Shown here piece by piece: positions 1 to 9,527 of a stretch of DNA of 64,000 bases (position 1 is its first letter; every line of letters begins with the position of its first letter). Under the pieces are notes generated by a model that saw only the letters and a list, made by a program, of their open reading frames with translations, was not told where the DNA came from and made no database searches. Made by a program: the position numbers and the translations under genes. Origin of the DNA: Anaerosomatales bacterium (GTDB lineage Bacteria; Actinomycetota; Coriobacteriia; Anaerosomatales; SLCP01); assembly GCA_029210645.1 (NCBI GenBank), contig JARGFT010000001.1, positions 1,035 to 65,034 of the forward strand. Reading direction: 5' to 3'.

Positions 1-96
1 CGCGGGGCCATCGACTCGGGCGAGGCGCTCGCGTGCCTCGAGGCGCTGGCGACGCTCACGCAGCGGCTTGCCGCCGAACGGGAGGCAACGTCGTGA
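1..96 (+). CDS. 3' end of an ORF entering from the left edge (operon position suggests trpD; 31 aa is too little to verify)
   Basis: Frame 1 is open from nt 1 to TGA 94-96 (..RGAIDSGEALACLEALATLTQRLAAEREATS*). The stop overlaps the trpC GTG (GTGA at 93-96). Confidence 0.3.
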   Translation, partial: RGAIDSGEALACLEALATLTQRLAAEREATS

Positions 97-908
97 GCGG
101 CTTCCTCGACACGATGATCGCCCAGCGCACCGCGCGAGTGGCTGCCGAGTGGGGAGCGCTCGCCGCCGCCGACCGCGAGCGTCTGGCATGCTGCGCCCGG
201 GCACCGCGACCCTTCGCAGCCGCGCTCTCCGACCGTGCGGACGTGGCGGTGATCGCCGAGATCAAGAAGGCCTCCCCGTCGGCCGGCGCGATCGCACCGC
301 AGTGCGAGGCTTCGAAGCAGGCGCTGCACTACGAGGACGGCGGGGCAGCCGCGATCAGCGTGCTGACCGAGCCCGAGGTGTTCGGCGGCACCTTCTCCGA
401 CCTGTCCGACGTCGCGGACGCGGTCGAGGTGCCGGTGCTGTGCAAGGACTTCGTCGTCGATCCGGTGCAGCTCTTCGTGGCCCGCGGACATGGGGCCGAT
501 GCGGTGCTGCTCATGGTGAGCGTGCTGGGGCAGGCCACCGGGGAGTACCTCGATCTGGCCTCAACGCTGGGCCTCGAGTGTCTGGTCGAGGTCATCGACG
601 AATCCGAGCTCGACCTCGCGCTGGGCGCGGGAGCGACGCTCATCGGCGTGAACAGCCGCGACCTGCGCACGCTCGAGCTCGATCCGGCCCGTGCGCGCGC
701 GGTGATCGCTCGGGCGGCACAGGCGGGCGCCACGACGGTCGCCGCGAGCGGCGTGAAGACCCGCGACGACGTGCGGACTGCCGCCTCGGCAGGCGCCAAC
801 GCGGTGCTGGTGGGCGAGACGCTCATGCGTGCAGCCTTCCCGGAGGACGTGCTGGCAGAGCTCACGGGTGTCGCCAGGGAGGCGGTCATCCGAGAAACGA
901 GGGCGTAG
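93..908 (+). CDS. trpC: indole-3-glycerol-phosphate synthase
   Basis: IAEIKKASPSAGAI motif and TIM-barrel pattern. GTG 93 is preceded by GGGAGG (80-85). The track start at 33 lies inside the upstream gene. Confidence 0.9.
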   Translation: MSGFLDTMIAQRTARVAAEWGALAAADRERLACCARAPRPFAAALSDRADVAVIAEIKKASPSAGAIAPQCEASKQALHYEDGGAAAISVLTEPEVFGGTFSDLSDVADAVEVPVLCKDFVVDPVQLFVARGHGADAVLLMVSVLGQATGEYLDLASTLGLECLVEVIDESELDLALGAGATLIGVNSRDLRTLELDPARARAVIARAAQAGATTVAASGVKTRDDVRTAASAGANAVLVGETLMRAAFPEDVLAELTGVAREAVIRETRA

Positions 909-965
909 ACGGAGGATCGATCGGTTTCGAGACAGGTATCAGCAGGAGTACGGGAGGAGATCGAC

Positions 966-2312
966 ATGTCAGACAGGACCAGGTTCGTGCTCGACGAGAA
1001 GCAGATGCCCACCCGGTGGTACAACATCAACCCCGACTTGCCCGCGCCGATGGCGCCGCCGCTCCATCCGGCCACCGACGAGCCCATCGGCCCGGATGCG
1101 CTCTCGCCGCTCTTTGCGATGGAGCTCATCAAGCAGGAGGTCTCGATGGAGCGCTACATCGAGATCCCCGAGGAGGTGCAGCACGTCTACCGCACCTACC
1201 GGCCGGCGCCGCTCAACCGCGCGCGCCAGCTCGAGAAGGACCTCGGCCTGCCCGAGGGCGTGAAGATCTTCTTCAAGTACGAGGGCGTCTCCCCGGCGGG
1301 AAGCCACAAGCCAAACACCGCGATCCCGCAGGCGTTCTACAACAAGCAGGAGGGCATCAAGCGCATCTCCACGGAGACCGGCGCCGGCCAGTGGGGAAGC
1401 GCGCTGTCCATCGCGTGCGCGCTCTACGACATGGAGTGCGTCGTCTACATGGTGGGCATCTCGTACCGGCAGAAGCCGTACCGGCGCATCCTCATGGAGA
1501 CCTACGGCGCCGAGGTCATCGCCTCACCGTCGACTCGAACCAACGCCGGCCGGCACGTGCTCGACCTCAACGCCGACTCTCTGGGCAGCCTCGGCATCGC
1601 GATCTCCGAGGCCGTCGAGGACGCCGCGATGCGCGACGATACACACTACTGCCTCGGCAGCGTGCTGAACCACGTCTGTCTGCATCAGACCATCATCGGC
1701 GAGGAAGCCATCATGCAGATGGAGATGGCGCAGGCCGAGCCTGACGTCGTCATTGCGTGCGTGGGCGGCGGTTCGAACTTCGCCGGACTGGCGTTCCCGT
1801 ACTACCGGCGCAAGCTCGACGGGAAGTCCAACGCGCGTCTCGTGGCAGTCGAGCCCAAGGCCTGCCCGACGCTTACCGCGGGCGAGTACCGCTACGACCT
1901 CGGCGATGAGGCCGGCATGACGCCGAAGATGATGATGTACACGCTCGGCCACGACTTCGTTCCGGCGGGAATCCACGCAGGCGGACTGCGCTATCATGGC
2001 GACTCGCCGCTCGTATCACTCCTTCGCAAGGAAGACGCGATCGAGGCGGTCGCGGTGCATCAGAACGCCTGCTTCGAGGCGGCCGTTCAGTTCGCACGCA
2101 CCGAGGGCATCCTGCCCGCACCGGAGAGCAGCCACGCGATCCGCGCGGCCATCGACGAGGCACTCGAGGCGCGCGAGGCTGGCGAGGACCGCACGATCCT
2201 GTTCGGGCTGTCGGGTCACGGTCACTTCGACCTGGCGGCCTACGAGGCGTACAACGCCGGCAAGCTTGAGGACTACGACTTTGCAGCCGGCAGCATGTGC
2301 GAAGGCGCCTAG
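966..2312 (+). CDS. trpB2: tryptophan synthase beta chain, TrpB2 type
   Basis: 448 aa with PLP-lysine context [19 protein letters not shown] and a long N-terminal extension, which point to TrpB2 rather than TrpB1. SD GGAGGAG lies upstream of ATG 966. Confidence 0.85.
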   Translation: MSDRTRFVLDEKQMPTRWYNINPDLPAPMAPPLHPATDEPIGPDALSPLFAMELIKQEVSMERYIEIPEEVQHVYRTYRPAPLNRARQLEKDLGLPEGVKIFFKYEGVSPAGSHKPNTAIPQAFYNKQEGIKRISTETGAGQWGSALSIACALYDMECVVYMVGISYRQKPYRRILMETYGAEVIASPSTRTNAGRHVLDLNADSLGSLGIAISEAVEDAAMRDDTHYCLGSVLNHVCLHQTIIGEEAIMQMEMAQAEPDVVIACVGGGSNFAGLAFPYYRRKLDGKSNARLVAVEPKACPTLTAGEYRYDLGDEAGMTPKMMMYTLGHDFVPAGIHAGGLRYHGDSPLVSLLRKEDAIEAVAVHQNACFEAAVQFARTEGILPAPESSHAIRAAIDEALEAREAGEDRTILFGLSGHGHFDLAAYEAYNAGKLEDYDFAAGSMCEGA

Positions 2313-2337
2313 GCCCGGCTCAAGGAGAGGGAACGCG

Positions 2338-2982
2338 GTGCGAAACGTACGGACACGGGTGAAGGTATGCGGGCTCACATCGGCCGATGACGCCGCCGAG
2401 GCGGTGCGTGCCGGTGCCGACGCGGTCGGGGTCATCCTTGCCGAGTCTCCCCGGCAGGTCACGCTGACCGAGGCGGAGGAGGTACTTGCGGCAGTCCCGC
2501 CGTTCGTCGATCGTATCGGCGTGTTCGTCGACGCTCCGGCCGACTACGTGGAGCGGGCGGTGGCGAGACTCGATCTCGTCGCCGTCCAGTTCCACGGCTC
2601 GGAGGAGCCCGAGAGGTGCGCAGCAGCGCCGGTCCCTGTCATCAAGGCGGTGCGCGTCGGGCCTCACTTCGACGGCGCTGCGCTCGACCGGTACCGGGGA
2701 ACGGTCGCCGCACTGCTCTTCGACACCTACGTCGAGGGCATGGATGGAGGCACGGGCCGCACCTTCCCGTGGGAGAAGGTGGCTCCGCTGCCGTCGTGGG
2801 CGCCGGTGATCGTGGCGGGCGGGCTGAACCCCGTCAACGTGGGAGGTGCGATACGCGCACTGGCGCCCTTCGGCGTGGACGTCTCCTCGGGAGTCGAAGA
2901 GCGGCTGCGTCACAAGGACCGGATGAAACTACATGCGTTCGTAGCCGCGGTACGCGCGGCAGATGAGGAGGTATCACCGTGA
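2338..2982 (+). CDS. trpF: phosphoribosylanthranilate isomerase
   Basis: [27 protein letters not shown].. is PRAI-like. GTG 2338 is in frame within track ORF 1996..2982. The stop overlaps the trpB start (GTGA 2979-2982). Confidence 0.85.
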   Translation: MRNVRTRVKVCGLTSADDAAEAVRAGADAVGVILAESPRQVTLTEAEEVLAAVPPFVDRIGVFVDAPADYVERAVARLDLVAVQFHGSEEPERCAAAPVPVIKAVRVGPHFDGAALDRYRGTVAALLFDTYVEGMDGGTGRTFPWEKVAPLPSWAPVIVAGGLNPVNVGGAIRALAPFGVDVSSGVEERLRHKDRMKLHAFVAAVRAADEEVSP

Positions 2983-4217
2983 GCGACGTGTTCCTGCCCT
3001 CGGCCGAGATGGCGTACTCGAGCCCGGATGCCCAGGGCTTCTTCGGCCCGTACGGGGGGACGTTCGTTCCCGAGACGGTGGTGCCGGCGCTCGCCGAACT
3101 CGACGAGGCGTTCCAGACCGCACTTGCAGACCCCGGGTTCGTCGCCGAGTTCGGCTCGCTGCTTCAGGACTACGTCGGGCGTCCCTCGCCGCTCTACCGT
3201 GCTGACAGGCTCGCCGCGAAGGTCGGTCTCGGCCGCGTCTACCTGAAGCGCGAGGACCTCAACCACACGGGCGCTCACAAGATCAACAACACCATCGGCC
3301 AGTGCCTGCTCGCCCGGCGTATGGGCAAGCACCGCGTCATCGCCGAGACCGGGGCCGGTCAGCACGGGGTCGCCACCGCGACGGCGGCGGCGCTCATGGG
3401 TATGGAGTGCTCGATCTTCATGGGTACCGAGGACATCAGGCGCCAGTCGCTCAACGTCTACAAGATGCGGCTGCTCGGCGCCGAGGTCGTCCCGGTGGCC
3501 GAGGGTACGGGTACCCTCGCAGACGCCGTCACGGCCGCTCTGCGCCACTGGGTCGAGCGCGTGGGAGACACCTTCTACGTGCTCGGCAGCGCGGTCGGAC
3601 CGCATCCCTACCCGATGATCGTGCGCGAGTTCCAGAAGGTGATCGGCGAGGAGACGCTGGTCCAGCTCCAGGGCCGCGAGGAACGTCTCCCCGATGCCGT
3701 CATCGCGTGTATCGGAGGCGGTAGCAACGCCATCGGCATGTTCTACCCGTTCCTGCGCGATGTGCCGGCGGACAAGCGCCCCTTGCTCATCGGCGCCGAG
3801 GCCGCAGGCCTTGGCATCGAGACCGACAAGCATGGAGCCGCGCTCACCAAGGGCGTGCCGGGAGTGCTGCACGGGTTCTACTCCTATCTGCTGCAGGACG
3901 ACGCGGGCAACCCGCTCGAGGCGTACTCGATCTCGGCGGGCCTCGACTACCCGGGCGTGGGGCCGGAGCACAGCTACCTGAAGGACGAGGGGCTCGTGCG
4001 CTACGAGGCGGTCACCGACACCGAGGCGCTCGCCGCGTTTGCCCTGCTCACGCAGACCGAGGGCATCATCCCCGCGATCGAGAGCAGCCACGCGCTCGCG
4101 TTGCTGCCCCGACTGGCGCCCGAGCTCGGCCCCGACGCGGTGGTGGTCGTCAACGTCTCGGGTCGCGGCGACAAGGACATGGACATCGTGCGGGAGGCCG
4201 GTCTGGGTGCCGAGTGA
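2979..4217 (+). CDS. trpB: tryptophan synthase beta chain (canonical TrpB1)
   Basis: [12 protein letters not shown] motif, GGGSNAIG, 412 aa. Confidence 0.95.
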   Translation: MSDVFLPSAEMAYSSPDAQGFFGPYGGTFVPETVVPALAELDEAFQTALADPGFVAEFGSLLQDYVGRPSPLYRADRLAAKVGLGRVYLKREDLNHTGAHKINNTIGQCLLARRMGKHRVIAETGAGQHGVATATAAALMGMECSIFMGTEDIRRQSLNVYKMRLLGAEVVPVAEGTGTLADAVTAALRHWVERVGDTFYVLGSAVGPHPYPMIVREFQKVIGEETLVQLQGREERLPDAVIACIGGGSNAIGMFYPFLRDVPADKRPLLIGAEAAGLGIETDKHGAALTKGVPGVLHGFYSYLLQDDAGNPLEAYSISAGLDYPGVGPEHSYLKDEGLVRYEAVTDTEALAAFALLTQTEGIIPAIESSHALALLPRLAPELGPDAVVVVNVSGRGDKDMDIVREAGLGAE

Positions 4218-5010
4218 TCCGGGCAGGACAGAGGCGACCGGACTCGGGCGCGGATTCCCGGCCGACCGGGCGGCGCTCGTCGTCTACCTGATGGCGGGTT
4301 ACCCCGACCGCGCGACCTCGCTGGAGTCGCTGCGCGCAGCGGCACGGAGCGGCGCCGACGTCATCGAGCTCGGCGTGCCCTACGGGAATCCGCTCGCCGA
4401 CGGCCCGGTCATCGCTGAAGCCGCCGCCGTTGCCCGCGAGGCGGGGTTCGGGCTGGCCGAGTCGATCGACCTGGCGGCGGAGTTCATCGCAGGCGCGGGG
4501 GCGGGTGCGCCTCCGGTGGCGCTCATGACCTACCTCAACCCGCTCATGCGCATGGGTCCGCCTCGTGCGGCTGCCGCGATGCGGGAGGCCGGCATCGCAG
4601 GGGTGATCGTGCCCGACATGCCGCCGGAGGCCGCCCGCCCGTGGCTTGCGGCGGCATCGGGCATCGATACCGTCTTCCTCGTCGCGCCGACCTCGACGCC
4701 CGGGCGGCTCGCCACCGTGGGCGCCGCAGCGTCCGGGTTCGTCTACTGCGTTTCGACTACCGGGGTGACGGGGGAGCGTTCCGAGTTGCCGGCCGAGCTG
4801 GACGCACTCGTGCGGAAGGTCCGCGCGCGCACCACGCTTCCGGTCGCCGTCGGCTTCGGGATCTCCGAGCCCGCCCAGGCATCCGCGGTCGCGCGCATCG
4901 CCGATGGTGTGGTTGTGGGATCGGCGGTCGTCCGCCGTCAGGAGGACCCTGACGCGGTGGGGGAGTTCGTCGGCTGGCTCGCCGCAGCGGTGCGCTCGGC
5001 GAGGACCTGA
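4207..5010 (+). CDS. trpA: tryptophan synthase alpha chain
   Basis: [16 protein letters not shown] motif. GTG 4207 is in frame in track ORF 4039..5010 and overlaps the trpB end by 11 nt. Confidence 0.9.
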   Translation: MPSDPGRTEATGLGRGFPADRAALVVYLMAGYPDRATSLESLRAAARSGADVIELGVPYGNPLADGPVIAEAAAVAREAGFGLAESIDLAAEFIAGAGAGAPPVALMTYLNPLMRMGPPRAAAAMREAGIAGVIVPDMPPEAARPWLAAASGIDTVFLVAPTSTPGRLATVGAAASGFVYCVSTTGVTGERSELPAELDALVRKVRARTTLPVAVGFGISEPAQASAVARIADGVVVGSAVVRRQEDPDAVGEFVGWLAAAVRSART

Positions 5011-5031
5011 GCGGAGAGGATCCGGAAAGCA

Positions 5032-5060
5032 ACGACACCGGCGGGGGGAGCCGGTGTCGT
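5032..5060. terminator. GC-rich hairpin between convergent trpA and the small zinc-ribbon gene
   Basis: ACGACACCGGC / loop GGGGGGA / GCCGGTGTCGT gives an 11 bp perfect stem. No U-tract on either side, so it may act as a bidirectional or Rho-assisted stop. Confidence 0.5.
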
Positions 5061-5084
5061 AGGGGTGACGCTGTGTATGTCGCG

Positions 5085-5225
5085 CTACCGGTAGTGGTGT
5101 ACGACCTGAACCTTGTAGCCCGCGCCGTTGCACTCCGGGCACTTGAGGTGCTTGGCACCCTGGGGCTTGTCGACCTTGACGTACCGGTCGCCCCTGCAGC
5201 GTGGGCATGTCTGTTTGACTACCAT
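5085..5225 (-). CDS. 46-aa zinc-ribbon protein with DnaJ-type CxxCxGxG finger (too short for the ORF track)
   Basis: My translation of the minus strand is MVVKQTCPRCRGDRYVKVDKPQGAKHLKCPECNGAGYKVQVVHHYR*. It has two CxxC pairs, an SD AGAGGAG 6-8 nt upstream of the ATG, and the hairpin 5032-5060 downstream. Confidence 0.5.
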   Translation of the reverse strand: MVVKQTCPRCRGDRYVKVDKPQGAKHLKCPECNGAGYKVQVVHHYR

Positions 5226-5330
5226 TCCTGCTCCTCTACACGAGGCCGTGGCGTCGCTTCACACCATACCTCGGCATTAATCGTTACAAACATTAGCACG
5301 GCTTAAGCTCGCAGTACAAGAGGTACGTTT

Positions 5331-5346
5331 TGTGATTCTTGTCACA
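5331..5346. promoter_or_regulatory. perfect CRP/GlxR-type palindrome TGTGA-N6-TCACA
   Basis: TGTGATTCTTGTCACA lies in the A/T-richer divergent intergenic region, about 105 bp from both the zinc-ribbon start (5225) and the nadE start (5447). Confidence 0.4.
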
Positions 5347-5446
5347 TGTTCTGAGCAGATTACGTGCCACCATGCGGCGGGTTGTGAGGTGCTATGCTGT
5401 GCGGTGCCGGAACGACCGGCATCAGGCCGTCACAAGGAGTGGTCCG

Positions 5447-7048
5447 GTGCGCATCGCGCTCGCACAGATCGATAGCGTCGTCGGTGACATCGCCGGGAAT
5501 ACCGAGCGCATCCTTGCGTCCCGCGCCGAAGGTGAGCGGGTCGCTGCCGACCTGGTGATACTCCCCGAGCTCGCGCTCACGGGTTATCCGCCCGAGGACC
5601 TGCTCGCGAAGGCTCACTTCATCGAGGACAACATCGCAGCGATCGAGCGGATCGCGTCAACATGCGGATCGACCTCTCTGCTGGTCGGCTTCATCGACGA
5701 CAGCGACGGCGTGCTGCACAACGCAGCGGCACTCTGCCGAGAGGGTCGCGTCGCCCACGTCTACCGCAAGCGCCTGCTCCCCAACTACGGTGTCTTCGAC
5801 GAGGAGCGCTACTTCGAACCGGGCCAGACGGCACTCGTTGCCGACCTCGCAGGACAGGCGGTGTCGCCGACCATCTGCGAGGACATCTGGATGCCCGGCG
5901 TGGCGGCCGAGGCAGCAGGTGCCGGAGCGTCCCTGGTCGTCAACATCTCGGCATCGCCGTTCCATGCAGGCAAGGGTGTCGACCGGGAGGCCATGCTCAG
6001 GAACCGCGCCGCCGACAACGGCGTGTGGGTCGCCTACTGCAACCTCGTGGGTGGCCAGGACGAACTCGTTTTCGACGGTCGCTCCGCACTGATCTCCCCT
6101 GCGGGCGAGGTCGTGGCGCGTGCGGCGTCGTTCGCGGAGGACTTCGTCGTTGCGGACATCCCTCCGGGTGACGGATCGTCCGCCTCACGCATCGAGGAGA
6201 TGCCCGGAGGCGAGGCGGAGATCTACGGCGCGCTCTGCCTCGGACTCGCCGACTACGTCGGGAAGAACGGGTTCGAAGAGGTCGTGATCGGCCTGTCCGG
6301 CGGGATCGACTCGGCTCTCACTGCTGCGGTGGCGACGGATGCGCTGGGGCCGAGCCGCGTCCACGGGGTGACCATGCCCTCGCGCTACTCCTCGGCCGGG
6401 AGTGTGGAGGACTCGCGTACGCTCGCGGCCAATCTCGGCATCGAGTGCATCGAGCTTCCGATCGAGTCGCCCTTCTCGGCGATGCTGGAGACCCTCGGGC
6501 CGCTCTTTGCGGACCGCCCCGCCGACGTGACCGAGGAGAACTTGCAGGCCAGGGTCCGCGGTACGCTGTTGATGGCACTCTCCAACAAGTTTGGATGGCT
6601 CGTGCTCGCCACCGGCAACAAGAGCGAACTCTCAGTCGGCTACTCGACGCTGTACGGGGACATGGTGGGCGGGTTCGCTCCGCTCAAGGACGTCTTCAAG
6701 ACCCGCGTCTACGAACTGGCGCGCTGGCGCAACAGCTGCGGGGAGGTCATTCCGCGCTCGACCATCGAGAAGGCCCCCAGCGCCGAGCTGCGCCCCGATC
6801 AGACCGACCAGGACACGCTGCCGCCGTACGACGCGCTCGATGCGATACTCGCCGCCTACGTCGAGGAGGACCTGTCCCGCGAGCAGATCGTGGCTCAGGG
6901 ACACGACGAGCAGACCGTCGAGCGAGTCTGTCGCATGGTCGATGCCTCGGAGTACAAGCGCAGGCAGGGGCCGCTCGGCATCCGCGTGACCCCGAAGGCC
7001 TTCGGCAAGGACCGGCGCATGCCCGTGACGAACCGGTACCGGGGCTGA
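5447..7048 (+). CDS. nadE: glutamine-dependent NAD+ synthetase (CN-hydrolase domain plus NAD synthetase domain)
   Basis: N-terminal nitrilase-like domain (VRIALAQID.., LPNYGVFDE, ICEDIW) and C-terminal SGGIDS PP-loop. GTG 5447 is preceded by AAGGAG (5434-5439). The track start 5339 is upstream of the SD. Confidence 0.9.
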   Translation: MRIALAQIDSVVGDIAGNTERILASRAEGERVAADLVILPELALTGYPPEDLLAKAHFIEDNIAAIERIASTCGSTSLLVGFIDDSDGVLHNAAALCREGRVAHVYRKRLLPNYGVFDEERYFEPGQTALVADLAGQAVSPTICEDIWMPGVAAEAAGAGASLVVNISASPFHAGKGVDREAMLRNRAADNGVWVAYCNLVGGQDELVFDGRSALISPAGEVVARAASFAEDFVVADIPPGDGSSASRIEEMPGGEAEIYGALCLGLADYVGKNGFEEVVIGLSGGIDSALTAAVATDALGPSRVHGVTMPSRYSSAGSVEDSRTLAANLGIECIELPIESPFSAMLETLGPLFADRPADVTEENLQARVRGTLLMALSNKFGWLVLATGNKSELSVGYSTLYGDMVGGFAPLKDVFKTRVYELARWRNSCGEVIPRSTIEKAPSAELRPDQTDQDTLPPYDALDAILAAYVEEDLSREQIVAQGHDEQTVERVCRMVDASEYKRRQGPLGIRVTPKAFGKDRRMPVTNRYRG

Positions 7049-7058
7049 GGGCCACGCA

Positions 7059-7523
7059 GTGAGCAGGGGAGCAGAGCCGGTGTTCGTTGCTCGTGAGATC
7101 GAGCCCGGTACGCCCGAGTACGAGCAAGCCGCCGAGGTGCGCTACGACGCCCTCTACCGCGAGTGGGGTCTGCCCCGAACGCTCATCGAGGACACCGACG
7201 GCCGCGTCTACCGGCACGTGGGCGCCTTCGACGGGGAGCGGCTCGTCGGATACGCTCGCCTCTGGCTCGAGGACGGGCAGTCGAAGATCTTCCAGCTCGC
7301 GGTGGCCGGCGACCGGCAGGGCGAGGGGATCGGCGCGCTGCTGATCGACTCGCTCCTCGAGTGGGCACGCGATGCGGGCCGCACGGAGGTCGAGCTCGAT
7401 GCCCGTATCCACGTCGTCGGCTACTACGAACGGCTCGGTTTTGTCGCCGTGAGCGACGTGTTCATCGCGGGTCGGGCGCACACGCCGCATCGCCGCATGA
7501 GGCGCTCGCTCGACACCCCCTGA
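7059..7523 (+). CDS. GNAT family N-acetyltransferase
   Basis: 154 aa with a Q/RxxGxG-type acetyl-CoA loop (VAGDRQGEGIGALL) and C-terminal YERLGF. Confidence 0.7.
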   Translation: MSRGAEPVFVAREIEPGTPEYEQAAEVRYDALYREWGLPRTLIEDTDGRVYRHVGAFDGERLVGYARLWLEDGQSKIFQLAVAGDRQGEGIGALLIDSLLEWARDAGRTEVELDARIHVVGYYERLGFVAVSDVFIAGRAHTPHRRMRRSLDTP

Positions 7524-7649
7524 CGCTGGCAAACGGGACCCCGTTCGCATACTCTGTAAGAAGCGCCTCCGCACCTGGGCGGGGTGCGCTGTCGGCTCTC
7601 GTACAGGCGCCGGATCCGGCGCTCAGCAGACTCGAGGAGGGGTTCTGAG

Positions 7650-8606
7650 ATGCCCAGCATCACCCGTGAGCAGGTCCGTGTGCCGGCCGACGTGCCCGCC
7701 GAGGCCCGGGAACTCTACATCGACAGTTACCTGGCGGCCACCCGCGGCACGGGCAGGCTGATGCTCTTCGCGTGCGACCAGAAGATCGAGCATCTCAACG
7801 ACGACTTCTTCGGGGAGGGGATCGCCGCAGAGGACGCCGAGCCCGAGCACCTGTTCCGCATCGGTTCGCAGGGCGTGACCGGCATTCTCGCAGGTCAGCG
7901 TGGCCTGATCGCCCGGTACGCGGCGGACTACTCCGACATCAACTACCTGGTGAAGATGAACAGCAAGTCGCACCTGGTCAAGACGAGCCAGGACCCCGCC
8001 AAGCATCAGGACGACCCGTACTCCCCCCAGCTCTACGACATCCAGGCCGTCGCCGACATGCGCGACAACGGCGTGAATGTGGTCGGCATCGGCTACACCA
8101 TCTATATCGGCTCGGAGTACGAGTCGCAGATGATGATGGAGGCCGGGCAGCTCATCGCCGACGCACACGCTCTGGGCATGATCGTGGTGCTCTGGATGTA
8201 TCCGCGCGGTACGGCCGTGGCCAACGAGAAGGACGCACATCTCATCGCCGGCGCCGCCGGTGTCGCGGTCTCGCTCGGCGCTGACTTCGTCAAGGTGAAC
8301 CCGCCGAAGGGCACCGGCGAGGCCTCCTCGGCAGAGCTGCTCAAGGAAGCATCCCTCGCTTCCGGTCGCACCGGACTGGTCTGCGCAGGCGGCTCGACCG
8401 TGGACGCGAAGACCTTCCTCACGCAGCTCTGGGAGCAGATCCACGTGGGTGGGGCGATCGGCAACGCGACCGGGCGCAACATCCACCAGCGCTCGCTCGA
8501 CGAGGCCGTCCGCTTGACGAAGGCGATCAGTGCTATCACTCTGAGCGACTACAGTGCCGAGGACGCGCTTGCGGTGTTCGAGGGCACGAAGGACTACTCG
8601 CTGTAG
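7650..8606 (+). CDS. class I aldolase (FbaB/DhnA, DeoC-LacD superfamily), probable fructose-bisphosphate aldolase
   Basis: LMLFACDQKIEHLNDDF and the Schiff-base lysine context DFVKVNPP. ATG 7650 is preceded by GAGGAGG (7633-7640). Confidence 0.7.
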   Translation: MPSITREQVRVPADVPAEARELYIDSYLAATRGTGRLMLFACDQKIEHLNDDFFGEGIAAEDAEPEHLFRIGSQGVTGILAGQRGLIARYAADYSDINYLVKMNSKSHLVKTSQDPAKHQDDPYSPQLYDIQAVADMRDNGVNVVGIGYTIYIGSEYESQMMMEAGQLIADAHALGMIVVLWMYPRGTAVANEKDAHLIAGAAGVAVSLGADFVKVNPPKGTGEASSAELLKEASLASGRTGLVCAGGSTVDAKTFLTQLWEQIHVGGAIGNATGRNIHQRSLDEAVRLTKAISAITLSDYSAEDALAVFEGTKDYSL

Positions 8607-8648
8607 CGAGATGCCGGTTCCCCCGAGCTGGCCGACCACGGGGCATAG

Positions 8649-9527
8649 ATGTCGATCTCAGACTGGTTCAAGGCGCGCGAGGCGCGACGCTACACAGCTG
8701 TCAACGGCGAGCGCGTTGCCGGCGACGTGCCTGACGGCGTGTGGAGCAAGTGCTCGTCATGCAAGCGCATCGTCTACGAGGGCCAACTCGTTGCGAACCT
8801 GCGGGTGTGTCCGCACTGCGGCAACCACTTCGACCTGACCGCATTCGAGCGCATCGACCTGCTTGCCGACCCCGGCAGCTTCGCCGAGTTCGATGCTGGT
8901 GTGGGCTCGACCGACCCGCTCGGTTTCGTGGCGGCCAAGCCCTACACCGTCAGTCTCGAATCGGCCCGGGAACGTTCCGGGCTTACCGAGGGCGTGGTCG
9001 TGGGCCGCGCGACCATCGGCGACCATCCGGTGGTGCTCGGCGCGATGGACTTCCGCTTCATCGGCGCGTCGATGGGCTCGGCGGTGGGCGAGAAGATCGC
9101 GCGTTCCTTCGAGGTCGCGACGTCGGAGCGCCGGGCTGTGGTGCTCTGCACCGCGTCGGGCGGCGCCCGGATGCAAGAGGGTATGCTCTCGCTGATGCAG
9201 ATGGCCAAGACTTCCGCGGCCGCACGGCGTCTCGCCGAGGCCCGCCTGCCCTACATCTCCGTGCTCACCAACCCCACCATGGGCGGTGTGACCGCATCCT
9301 TCGCCGTGCTTGCCGACGTCGTGCTCGCCGAGCCCGGCGCGCTGATCGGGTTCGCGGGGCCGCGCGTGATCGAGCAGACCATCAAGCAGCATCTCCCGAA
9401 GGGCTTCCAGTCATCGGAGTACCTGCTCGAGCACGGCATGGTCGACGAGGTCGTGGTGCGCGGGCAGCTGACCGCGCGCGTGACCACGCTGCTCGGCTAC
9501 CTGGCCGGAGGAGGTGAGCGGGCATGA
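8649..9527 (+). CDS. accD: acetyl-CoA carboxylase carboxyltransferase beta subunit
   Basis: N-terminal Zn-ribbon CSSCKRIVY..CPHCGNH and the carboxyltransferase core GGARMQEG. Confidence 0.9.
   Translation: MSISDWFKAREARRYTAVNGERVAGDVPDGVWSKCSSCKRIVYEGQLVANLRVCPHCGNHFDLTAFERIDLLADPGSFAEFDAGVGSTDPLGFVAAKPYTVSLESARERSGLTEGVVVGRATIGDHPVVLGAMDFRFIGASMGSAVGEKIARSFEVATSERRAVVLCTASGGARMQEGMLSLMQMAKTSAAARRLAEARLPYISVLTNPTMGGVTASFAVLADVVLAEPGALIGFAGPRVIEQTIKQHLPKGFQSSEYLLEHGMVDEVVVRGQLTARVTTLLGYLAGGGERA

Noticed and set aside
68-1744. 558-aa plus-strand ORF spanning trpC and trpB2 in another frame
   Set aside because: It is an Arg/Gly/Pro-rich out-of-frame read-through of two well-supported genes. 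It has no SD and no motifs.
5405-5421. Hairpin TGCCGG-AACGA-CCGGCA upstream of nadE as a possible NAD+ riboswitch or ANTAR hairpin
   Set aside because: It is a single 6-bp hairpin with a 5-nt loop. I cannot see the nadA/pnuC-motif architecture, a second hairpin or a terminator.
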